Origin: Eledone cirrhosa
Lineage: Eukaryota
Assembly (NCBI GenBank): GCA_964016885.1
Contig: OZ024742.1
Location: forward strand, 262,074,001 to 262,138,000
DNA length: 64,000 bases
Direction: 5' to 3'
Shown: positions 37,619 to 51,482 of the stretch, piece by piece
Layout: each line of letters starts with the position of its first letter
Position numbering within the stretch: position 1 is the first letter of the stretch
Made by a program: the position numbers and the translations under genes
The notes under the pieces: model-generated
The model's database searches: none
What the model saw: only the letters and a program-made list of their open reading frames with translations
Told to the model about the DNA's origin: nothing

Positions 37619-38064
37619 ATATGTCAATATCTCTGTTTATATACACACTCAAGTAGATATGTATGGGACTCTGTTTATGGGTTTAAAAACCGGTGTTAGG
37701 GCGAAAGGATAACTTACTCGATCGATACATAGAGATCGATAACATAAGAATTAAAGTACTGAATTAAAGTTTGAAGTGATTGCCCCAGCTGCCCACATTC
37801 AAGAGGCTGAAACCAGGAAACGAATTACTAAAAATGAATATATATTGTTGGGGCCATTTTGAACACTCCGTTATTATATTAAATGCGATGGTCACCCACA
37901 ATCGAGTATAACTTGGTAGTATGTCACATGCTTTTCCTAAGGGTATTTGGTGTCCATACAGTCACGAGCTGACACAGACATACTCTCGACCCCCTTTTTC
38001 TTTATACATACATGCTGTAACAGCGGGGAGGTGAAGGAGCTGGACCAACACAAGACGAGTAATT

Positions 38065-38490
38065 TATTTCTCGACCTTAAAAAGTGGAAAGACAAAGTGG
38101 ACCACAGTAACGTCTAACAACCTCTTGACCTTCTCTTCCTTGATCTAGCAGAACACCCAGGATGTAACAGCTGGAAAGAAAGAGGGCTATGTCTGCACTG
38201 TGCTGGGATCTTTTTATTTTTCTCGACCTTAAAAGGTTGAAAGACAAAGAAGACCTCAGTAGACATACACAACTTTCGACCTTCTCTTCCTTGAACCAGC
38301 AGAACACTCAAGATATAACTGCTGGAAAGAATGAGCGCTGTGTCTGCAATGGGTTGGTATTCGACCCTAAACAGTTGAAAGGCAAAGGGGATCTCAGTAG
38401 ACACAGACAGCCATTCGACAGTCTTTCCTTTGACACAGTAGAAGGCCCTGGATGTAACAGCTGGAAGGAGAGAGGGCTGTGTCAGCACTA
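38065..38490. repeat. Three diverged ~140-150-bp tandem units, partly SINE-derived
   Basis: TCGACC(T/C)TAAA at 38071, 38223 and 38361; each unit has GATGTAACAGCTGGAA.GA-like text. Confidence 0.7.
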
Positions 38491-38677
38491 GACTGGTACT
38501 TTCTTTGTCGATTACGGAAACGATACATAGTAAAGTGAGATGTGGATTCAGAAAGCAGAGACATGGAATAAGTATCCAATGATCTAATGACTCTTCTAAA
38601 GTAACAGCATGTTATATTGAATGTACCAAATGTACAAATGTTATATAGATATACCAGACACAAATACTGTCACACTG

Positions 38678-38760
38678 TCTCTCTCTCTTTCTCTCTCTCT
38701 CGCTCACTCTCGCTCACTCTCTCTCTCTCACTCTCTCTCTCGCGCTCTCTCTCTCTCTCT

Positions 38761-38811
<51 letters not shown>

Positions 38812-38891
38812 GCTCACTCTCGCTCACTCTCTCTCTCTCACTCTCTCTCTCGCTCTCTCTCTCTCTCTTGCTCTCTCTCTGTTTGTCTTCG

Positions 38892-38969
<78 letters not shown>

Positions 38970-38970
38970 A
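38678..38970. repeat. (CT)n followed by (TATC)n microsatellite
   Basis: Directly visible. Confidence 0.95.
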
Positions 38971-39259
38971 GTGGCGAGAATGGCCCGAGTGAATGGGCCT
39001 TCTCTCTATATCAGCCTGTAGGTTGAGGAAAAGGAGGAGGAGAGGAAAGGAGTACAAGCTCTTCGTACTCCTGGAGATGAGGGTTGCACATTTTTTTCGG
39101 GGGTCTGTGTTACCCATATAAACTGTCTCCCTCTATTGGGGAAAATCGACTAACTTTTAAATTCCATCTGTGATAACATTTTACACGTTTTTATTGTATG
39201 TAAACTTCCCCCTTTGTATTTGTCCCCTTCTTTTGTGCCCCTGTGGCTAATAAAGAAAT
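38971..39259 (+). mobile_element. Severely 5'-truncated Tx1-like LINE copy in (TATC)n
   Basis: Encodes VARMARVNGPSLYISL*, matching the end of ORF 44404-44748; ends AATAAAGAAAT; (TATC)n on both sides. Confidence 0.85.
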
Positions 39260-39512
39260 ATATCTATCTATCTATCTATCTATCTATCTAGCTGTCGTCT
39301 GTTCTACAGCGTAGACGTAATTCACTTCGCGCAGAAGTTTTCCAATTTATTGCGGAAATTTTGTAAGTTCAATTTTAATTTTGATACTATTGTGTAGCTT
39401 GAGCCCCCGTCTGAACTGTCAGGCGGTGGGTCAGCTCATCTTCGCCCCTCCCAGGGATGAAAAACCTGTTTTTAAAAATTTTGTGGCATAAAATTTCAAT
39501 CGTCTGGCAGAA

Positions 39513-41413
39513 ATGTTAAACGAAGCTAACGAAAATAGTGGTAGGGGGACAGCGGTAAGAGTTGTAAGCTCGCACGCTTTAGTCCCCTCTTCCTTCCCAA
39601 CTAACGTCATAGAGAAGGAAAGAAAAAATAAAATAAAAACAGACGAATGTGCGGAGAAAAATGACGAAAACACAAATCTGGAGATTGATTCCAACAACAA
39701 AAAAAATTTGAAAGAATTGCATGACAATATTAATACCACAAACAAAGACACAACAAACACAAAAATAACATTTGAAAACAACATCATAACAGAAAGCAAA
39801 GCAGACGACAAAGTCAACACCAATAATATTTCATTTGCACAAACAACAAAGAAATCTTTAACATATGTACCTGAAAATATTTCAGATGTGGCACAAAGAA
39901 TAAAAAACGCCAAACAATACATAACTCAAGGGGAAAATGGAACCTTATCGGTAAAAATGCCCCAAGATCTCACCAAAGATATTGAAAGTCGGACGGTCGT
40001 TTTCCGCACCATCAACAACATCTCAAAAAAACTTCAACAACCAACACATTAAAGCAGTACTTACAGAAGTACTTAATGAAGCCACTTTCATAAGAAGAGA
40101 CAGACTGTATGGAAGCCTAGCGATTATTATGAAGAACGAATCAGCGGCAAAAAAATATGCTTTGTCGCCGATTCGTTCGACAAATTTTACCTTTTATCCA
40201 TCTTATATGGGTAAAAGAACTCAGCGCATATGGCTGGATGCGATGATGCCAGATGTGGACTACTGCTGGCTCATAGCTGGCTTCATCGATCCAGCGAATG
40301 ACAACGTGATTTCCATTGGGAAAACCACAGGCAATGCGTTCAGTGGAACAGGTATAGAACTTGTAGTGCAAATGAAGCCTGAACGCATTGCCCAAATACC
40401 CGACAGAATCCTATTAGAGGGCCACGGGTATATAAACATTAGCGTGGAGGGGAGAAGGCCGTCCTGTCATATCTGTGCAGGCAGAGGGCACCTGAAGGCG
40501 GCTTGTCCCCAACTCAACAAGAAGAAAACCCTGCTACCAACACCAGCTCCACCACCACCACAACACAAACAGACACAACACATTACCCAAAAACAAAACA
40601 CAGTCCCACCCAACCCCTCACTCAATAAAACAACACAACCACCGCAGCCACAACACACAACACAGTCTAACATAGTGACATCCATCTCCCCACAAAGAAA
40701 ACCAACACGGAAACATTACCAGCAAATATACCTCTCCCTCCAACACTGAAGATAACCCAACGAATTCGGAGGAAGAAACGGAGTCCTTCAGACAGATTAA
40801 AAGGAAAAAAAGAAAACATGTGCAAAACACACAAGGCCAAACAACCCCTACCCAAATGTCAACACAATCCAACAAAACACAAAACACCCCTCCAGCAACA
40901 AACAAAACCAAACCTGCCCCTCCCCTCTTCGAAACACTCACACCATCCGAAAAAAAGACATTACACTATACTTACATCAACAGAAACAATAATAAATTAA
41001 ATGAACTCATAAACAATAACACTTCGGTACAAACCGAAGGGGTAAACTTTGTTTCTTCAGAAAACTACCCACATTTAAAATTAATAAAGATCCCAATGAA
41101 CCTCTACCAAAAACTAAAAAAGGATTTTAAGGAGGACGTAGGACCACCTTCTGTCAAACCCATAAACCGCGTCCTCCTAAAAAGCTTTCCCCCTCCCCTT
41201 CCCCTCCCCAACACAACTCCAAACACCCCAACCCCAGCACACACTGACGACACCACACCACCACAAGACACCCCTTCACCCAACACCCCCGACCCCATGG
41301 AAGTCGTGCGACCCGAACCCCGGCTTTGCCGCCCACATGGATGTGTTAAGAGTAGGATGTTTGAATGCACATGGCCTGGGCTCAACTTGGAAGCAAGCAA
41401 AGCTTCTAAATGA
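39513..41413 (+). pseudogene. Tx1-like ORF1 (gag-like, zinc knuckle, Pro/Thr-rich tail), frameshifted
   Basis: ORFs 39513-40052, 39982-40749 and 40820-41413; VEGRRPSCHIC..GH..AC motif. Confidence 0.75.
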
Positions 41414-44400
41414 CCTCAGGTCACGTGGTATAAATGTAATGGTTATCTGTGAGACTCGGATCAGCGTCGTGCGGCAGCTGGCCCCTACCTTCGATGACTT
41501 TGAGGTGCATGCATCTCTCTGACAACCTGGGGGTGGGGTTGTCGTACTGCTGGAAAAACACCTGGGTCTCGCCGTACAGGTTGTTCACTCGGACCCGGAA
41601 GGTCGTTTGTTGGTGCTAGACGTTGGCAGTAGTGAAGGTGCGGCCTTGAGACTGGTCGCCGTCTACTCCCCTTTCGGAGCTGAACGACCCTACTTCTTCC
41701 AGCGTCTGGAGACTTTTCTGGGAACGTCGCGTTCCCTGCTTCTAGCGGGGGATTGGAATGACATCCTAGATGCACGTTGGGACTATGCAGGAGCATGTCC
41801 TAATAGAGGGGGGTGTAACAGCCTCAAGGGGTTACTCGACCGTTTTAACTTGGTCGATAGATATCGACTAGATTTTCCAACTGTGCCAACCTGGACTTGG
41901 ACGAACCACAGTGGTCAATCTAGATCGTACTTAGATAGATTCTTAGTTAGCAGTAAGGATAGGGACATATTAAGCTGTCCAGAAATGCTCACGGTTGGCT
42001 ATACGGATCACAAATTAGTGACCTGCGTAGTCAATCTCGAGAAAACACATAGACAGGGTCCCGATTACTGGAAACTTAATTTGTCTTTACCGGCAAAAGA
42101 GACTTACAGAAACCGGATTAGCAGATTAGTTAAGGAGAGGTTGACGGGTGCAATCGTCAACAACCGATGGTGGGCATCTCTCAAAAGAGAGATTAGAACA
42201 GAATCAATAAGTTATAGCAAGATGTTAGCTGCCGATAGGAATGGGAACGAGAAAGAATTAACAGGTAAATTAGAAGAGGCAATCAAGAGCGAAGATGTGG
42301 CCAGAGTGCTGGCATCGAAGACGGCCTTGAGACAGTTTTTCGATGCAAAGCACGAAGGCTGCGTCATTCGAAGTAAAATACGTGCTCTAGGTAATGAGGG
42401 GGCCAAAGCCGTTGGCTGGGCCCGTGTGACAGAAGCTAAGAGTGGAAATCGATCCACCATCCGGTCTTTGAAAGACGAGGATGGACGGGTGATCCGGGAG
42501 CCTAAGCAGATGTGCGAGGCCTTTCAAAGGCACTTTGCCCGATTATTCGGAGGAGGCGAGGGTCCGGGCGGGGATGTGGATTTCGGTCCATACCTCGACG
42601 GCCTGCCGCGTCTCTCGAGCGAAGAGGCAGAGTCCTGCGAGGGACCAATCTCGGCTGATGAGATCGGGGATGCGCTGAACCAATGCAGCAGATGCAAATC
42701 TCCAGGTCTCGATAGTATACCTTATGAACTTTATTTAGCAATGCCGGTCTTCTTCTCCGAACTCCTCGAAGCAGTCTACTGCAATTGGCAGCAGAACGGG
42801 AGAATTCCTTGTTCTGTAGCGTAGTCTCGCTGGTGAGGAAGGACGAGAACAAGGGGGATAGTATAAATAATTTTCGGCCCATAACTCTGCTAAACACAGA
42901 GTTAAAGATTTTGGCCAAGGTGTTAGCAAAGAGGTTGGCGCTTGTCGTGGGTGGCCTGGTGGGAGATGCGCAGACATGTGCTATCCCATCCAGGTCCATT
43001 CACGACAACCTCCACCTTATGCGATACATCATAGAGAGGGTTGGCAACAAACCCGGCTTCGGTGGGGCCCTGATCAACTTGGATAAGTCTAAGGTGTTCG
43101 ATAGGGTCGACCATGGTTACCTGGATGCGGTGCTAGCGACGGCTGGGTTCGGTCCTGTTTTCAGAGGCTGGATCACTGCCTTACATAGCAACCACATATG
43201 TTCTAGGATCAAGGTGAACGGCTACCTTTCGAAGCCGTTCGAAATCACACGATCCATTCGACAGGGGTGCCCCCTCTCCGCCCTTCTGTACGTATTGACT
43301 CTCGAGCCTTTACTGAGGAAGTTGGAGTTGTTGCAGGGTATCCCCCTGGAACCAGGATTGAGAAAAGCGGTGTCGGCCTACGCCGATGACGTAACAGTAA
43401 TGGTATCAACCGAAGCGATCGGTACCTTACTGGAGGATTACGAAAGGTTGTTAGGAGCGAAACTGAACCGGGAAAAATCCATCGGGCTGCAACTCGGAAC
43501 GTGGAGAGGCAGACCGATGCCTCCCGACGGTGTCGTCGGACACTGGACGGAGGGCCCGGTGAAGTTGCTTGGGGTCTGGTTTGGACCGGACCTTCAGGTG
43601 GAAAAGAACTGGGGCGAGGTTACGAACAAGGTGTTTGCACTAACCCAGAAATGGGCCAAGTGTAAGCTGTCCCTAAAAGGTCGGGCGGAGGTGGCGAACA
43701 TTTACATAGCGTCCGTCACTTTCTACCGCCTGACTGTCGTGCCTTGCCCTGAGGAAACACTCACCACCATGGAACGCATGCTCTTTCAATTTCTTTGGAA
43801 GAAGCGCCCTCCTATGGTGAGAAGATCCATCTGCTGCCAACAACCTTCGAAAGGAGGGCTGGGGATGCCGTGGTTGATGATGCGTAGGCACGCATTAAGG
43901 CTACGGCACCTACAGGTATTCCTCACTGGTCAACCGGTGTGGGCTCCGTTCATGAAACGAGCCTTTCCGAGACTCGTCTCGCTCACCGAGCTGCAGTCCT
44001 GGGTCAAGCAAAGATCCGGAAAACTGGGAGACTAGCACACTGAGTGTGCCCAGGCGCTCAGGGCTCTCTGGCAAGCGGACCCAGCCATCGGTGGAGAATC
44101 CACCTCATCATTCTATAGAGGGCTGGTGGCTAGCAGGGGCGATGACACCCTTGGAGAGTCGCTGGACATGGAAAAGGACGAGCAGGCCAGCCTGTTCGGT
44201 AGGACTTTCGGCCCGGGACCAATGGACAACTTCCAGAAGTCACTAGCCTGGCAGTGCTACCGGGGGGCTCTACCCGTTCGAGAAAGGCTCTACAGAGACG
44301 GGCGCCCGGGAAGGGATCCCTCGAAAAAGATTTGCCCTAGATGCGTGCGTCACGAAGAAACCGTTGCGCACGTATTGGTGCACTGTCCGGGCGTGGCTGA

Positions 44401-44748
44401 TCTGTGGGGCTACGCCGAACGACTGCTGTCGCGGGTGGCGCCGATTTGATTGACCGCCGAGTCCGTGATGACAATCAAGCCGCCTCCCTCTTCACAAAGG
44501 AAGCAAAGGCGGTTTTACTGTGCGTAATAGCCATGTTGAAAGAGGTTGTTTGGTGGACACGATTGAAAGGTCTGAGGTCAGGCAACTTCCTCTCTGGCCA
44601 TAGTCTGGTCTACTTCTTCCGATATCACTTCGGAAGAAGGATAAGAATGGAGAGAGAGGTGCTTGGCCACAGGCAGTTTTATGAAAGGTGGGTGATAGTG
44701 GCGAGAATGGCTCGTGTAAATGGACCTTCTCTGTATACCATCCTGTAG
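41337..44748 (+). pseudogene. Tx1-like ORF2 (APE-RT-zinc finger) with premature stops and frameshifts
   Basis: ORFs 41337-41522, 41607-42824, 42785-44035, 44126-44449 and 44404-44748 are collinear. Confidence 0.9.
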
Positions 44749-44966
44749 GTAAAGAAGTGAAGGAGAGGGGAGCACCTTCTCCATGTGCTCCCCGGGCAAA
44801 GGATTGCACACTTTTTCGGGAGTGTGTGCAACCCCCATCACGACCCCTCCCTTTTGAGGTTGTTTTTGATTATTTTCATTTTATACCCTTTTTACTCGGT
44901 TTTATGTAAACTCCCCCTTTGTATTTGTCCCTTCTTTTTATGCCTTTATGGTAAATAAAGAAATAG

Positions 44967-45020
<54 letters not shown>

Positions 45021-45482
45021 TATATATATATATATATGTGTATGTGTGTTTATATATGCATATCACAGAAAAATAGAGAATCAGTATTGCGACGAATGGA
45101 ATTTGTTGGACATATTACAATCGTTTCTCTGGCGACTAGCTCGAGGCACGATCAATGTGATGATCGAACCTGACTCTGAAAATTGCAAGGTCCTCAGATA
45201 CGTCTTGATTCTACGCATAGGAAAATCTGATTCGTAGAATCAAGACGTGGTGCAATAATTATAGTTATCTTCAGCGAGAAAATAAAAAAAGATCAATGTA
45301 TTTACTTTATATACACCCCCATCTATTACTTATATATATATATATGCAGAGGTTATATTTAATTTGTTGAGATTCAACAAGCTTAAACATTTTTATAACT
45401 GATATAAAGCACTCAACGTGAAATAAAGTGTCTTGCTTGCTCAAGGACATAACGCATCGCCTGGTCCAGGAATCGAACTTAC

Positions 45483-45517
45483 AATAACTTGTGTGTTACA
45501 CCTCTATTCTTTTTTTT

Positions 45518-45572
<55 letters not shown>

Positions 45573-45660
45573 ACACCTCTATTCTTTTTTTTTCTTTTTA
45601 TATATATATATATATATATAAAAGAAAAAAAAAGAATAGAGGTGTAACACACAAGTTATT
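45483..45660. repeat. Inverted repeat around (TA)n, with an extra direct copy of the arm
   Basis: AATAACTTGTGTGTTACACCTCTATTC(T)n ... (A)nGAATAGAGGTGTAACACACAAGTTATT. Confidence 0.85.
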
Positions 45661-45886
45661 ATATATTGGTAAACGGAATAGAAAATGTTGAAAAATGGTT
45701 CACAGTTGAAAAATGGTTTAATTAGGAATAAAAGAGTATTAGTAATTGTATGGGTTAGTATTCAGTTGTGGAAACCACAATTGAATACTAACCCATACAA
45801 TTACTAATACTCTTTTATTCCTAATTAAACCATTTTTCAACTGTGAACAATTCTTCAGCATTTTCTATTCCGTTTAGTAATATATA
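45661..45886. repeat. ~225-bp near-perfect palindrome with a 3-nt loop
   Basis: Arms meet at GTTGTGG-AAA-CCACAAT (about 45765-45781); mismatches are few and mostly distal. Confidence 0.92.
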
Positions 45887-45942
45887 TATGAAAGACGTAA
45901 AATAAGAAAATTTTAAAAATTAACTTACTTACTAAAATTTTC

Positions 45943-46024
45943 ACTCCAACTAATTAGTTTCTGTAATGGGATAAAGATAGTTACGCAATGTAACCATCGA
46001 GAATTCATTACGTCATCAGGGAGT
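45943..46024 (-). ncRNA. Type I hammerhead ribozyme motif
   Basis: Minus strand ACTCC-CTGATGA-C-GTAATG..GATGGTTAC-ATTGC-GTAACTATC..CATTAC-A-GAAAC-TAATTA-GTT-GGAGT; all three stems pair. Confidence 0.75.
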
Positions 46025-46486
46025 CTATTCTCAGCTAAGTCTCCAGGCAATGCGCGGACTTTAGGGACTCATATAAAAATAATAATTCGGTGGATGGAAC
46101 AGCTAGCGGGGACTAAATTCCATAGCACTGAAAAAGTTCACTGTCTCTGGCCAAGTGACAGATTCTAAAGAATCAATCACGTGACACTGAGGCTAGTCAG
46201 AAGGAGTGGGATGGTATAATGACAAGAGCTTACTACTACTACAATGACTTAGTAGTGGATTTGGCAAGTTTGCTCAACAAATAAATAATTTGGAGATAAA
46301 TATAGAGAATTAGTATATTTACCAACATATGCGTACAGATGTACACTAATGCTAGCAAATACACAAGTTATGTCATAGTACCTAGGTGGTTCAATGTAGG
46401 AGGATGCAGAACAATTATATGAAAGACGTAAAATAAGAAAATTAACTTAGTGTCCGCGCATTGCCTGGAGACTTAGCCGAGAATAG

Positions 46487-46568
46487 ACTCCCTGATGACG
46501 TAATGAATTCTCGATGGTTACATTGCATAACTATCTTTATCCCATTACAGAAACTAATTAGTTGGAGG
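46487..46568 (+). ncRNA. Type I hammerhead ribozyme motif (inverted copy)
   Basis: ACTCC-CTGATGA(46492-46498)..GAAAC(46550-46554)-TAATTA-GTT-GGAGG; two substitutions relative to the minus copy. Confidence 0.72.
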
Positions 46569-46749
46569 GAAAATTTTAGTAAGTAAGTTAATTTTTAATT
46601 TTTAAAATTTTCTTATTTTACGTCTTTCATATAATTGTTCTGCATCCTCCTGCATTGAACCACCTAGGTACTATGACATAACTTGTGTATTTGCTAGCAT
46701 TAGTGTACATCTGTACGCATATGTTGGTAAATATACTAATTCTCTCTCT

Positions 46750-48693
<1,944 letters not shown>

Positions 48694-49060
48694 TATTGTT
48701 ACACTTTGGGAGGGTCATGCTGCCAATAAGAAACACACGCACCAGTTGCTTTCACTTCAATTTAATTTATTAAATATTTATAAATTTACAAATTTATAAA
48801 TTTCTGGTTGGTTGGTTGGTTCCACAACCAGATAGTTGTTTATATATATATAGTCATAGTTCTTTCGTCACACACTCTGTGACCTCTTCAGTGACTGGGG
48901 ATTTCTTTCTTCGTTTCTGTGCCTTTCCTTTCTTCTATCCTACGCCATTTTGTTTGTGTCAAGCCATTTTGTTTGTGGCAGCATGACCCTCCCAAAGTGT
49001 AACAATATCGGTTTCAACACACGATTTCAGATAAAGAATCTTGCTAAACAAATTCAGAAA
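48694..49060. mobile_element. Small non-coding element with 32-bp inverted repeats enclosing a minimal hammerhead
   Basis: TATTGTTACACTTTGGGAGGGTCATGCTGCCA (48694-48725) versus TGGCAGCATGACCCTCCCAAAGTGTAACAATA (48976-49007). Confidence 0.65.
48852..48896 (-). ncRNA. Minimal type I hammerhead motif
   Basis: Minus strand AGTCA-CTGAAGA-G-GTCACA-GAGTG-TGTGAC-GAAAG-AA-CTA-TGACT; 5-bp stem I, 6-bp stem II, very short stem III. Confidence 0.65.
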
Positions 49061-49063
49061 CGA

Positions 49064-50110
<1,047 letters not shown>

Positions 50111-50173
50111 ATAAAATATTAAACAAATAATGAATAAAACAATGAAACAGTTCCTTATATTAAACAAAAAAAG

Positions 50174-50328
50174 TTCATTATTTAACGATCGTTTCTAGGA
50201 TATATATGTGTTAGAATTGGCATGCATATTCAACAGATCTATGTACAAAATTATACAAAATTATACAAACTATCAAGATTAAATATACATACCAAACACA
50301 CATATATGCCGTCTTCAGAAATAATGAA
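50174..50328 (-). ncRNA. Type I hammerhead motif with a very long stem II
   Basis: Minus strand TTCATTATTT-CTGAAGA-C-GGCATATATGTGT..ACACATATATATCC-TA-GAAAC-GATC-GTT-AAATAATGAA; 10-bp stem I and palindromic AACGATCGTT stem III. Confidence 0.72.
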
Positions 50329-50923
50329 ATATATTTATTGATAATAAGAACGATTCAAAATTTCAGGTCCGTTTGGGAACGGAGTTCAAAATTGACCAAT
50401 GAAAATACAAAAAGTTTTATGCAGTTTGGTGTGTGTATATACATGTAACTAACCCCGTACACATATTTATACAAAGATATATGCTCAACATGCATACGCA
50501 TGCCAAAAAGATGTATGCAAATACAAAAAATTTAAGGCTAATGTCTCTGTAAGTTTATAATCCACAGATAAAATGCGTATAGACACATAAATATGAAGTA
50601 AGTGTATACACATATTCTCATATTCACACATATCCATACACTCACACACACGCGCGCGTATATGCATAAACATACACATAATTACGAACATACACACACA
50701 CATTTATATGTGGATATAATATTATCATAAGCACATGGATATTAATTCACTCACATAAACAGTGCCACACACATTTAGATCAAGATACAGAAATTAGGTG
50801 GGAGGGGGGGAGAGGTCAGTATTCAACTGTTTGGGCAGACTGCTTATTTATAGATGTATCTATAAACTTCGAAATAAAAAGAAAAGAAAAGAAAAAGAAA
50901 AAAGAAAAAAGAAATATATCAAG

Positions 50924-50970
<47 letters not shown>

Positions 50971-51035
50971 CTACACATACAACACACACACACACACATA
51001 TATAAACATATACATATATATATATACACATATAT

Positions 51036-51080
<45 letters not shown>

Positions 51081-51449
51081 TACACATATATACACACACA
51101 CATATATAGACACGCATATATATACACATACACGCACAAATACATACACATACAAACTTATATACATACAGACATACACATACATACATATATATACACA
51201 CATATACATACAGACATACATACATACATACACACATACACACATACATACACACACATACATACTCATACATAGATATATATTCACCCACACATACGTA
51301 CTTATATATACGCATATATACAAATACTTACGCATCCATATATCGGTATATACATACAAAACACCACTACACTCTCACACAACTCAGACATACAAAGAAA
51401 AAGGTATATACATATACACATATACACATACAAATAGAGATACATATAC

Positions 51450-51482
<33 letters not shown>

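Larger units (their letters stand above)
39291..44964 (+). mobile_element. Full-length Tx1/L1-clade non-LTR retrotransposon flanked by (TATC)n
   Basis: ORF1 fragments with CCHC knuckle (CHICAGRGHLKAAC); ORF2 fragments with APE (LNAHGL, ET, GDWN, TWT..SYLDRF, TDH), RT (FRPITLLN, RQGCPLS, YADD) and C-terminal CPRC..ETVAHVLVHC; ends AATAAAGAAAT. Confidence 0.92.
45886..46745. mobile_element. Non-coding Penelope-like or retrozyme-like element: 531-bp unit (minus) plus an inverted partial copy (plus)
   Basis: ATATGAAAGACGTAAAATAAGAAAATT at 45886 and 46417; 46452-46745 is the reverse complement of 45886-46060 joined to 46303-46420; two hammerhead motifs; no ORF in the track. Confidence 0.75.
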
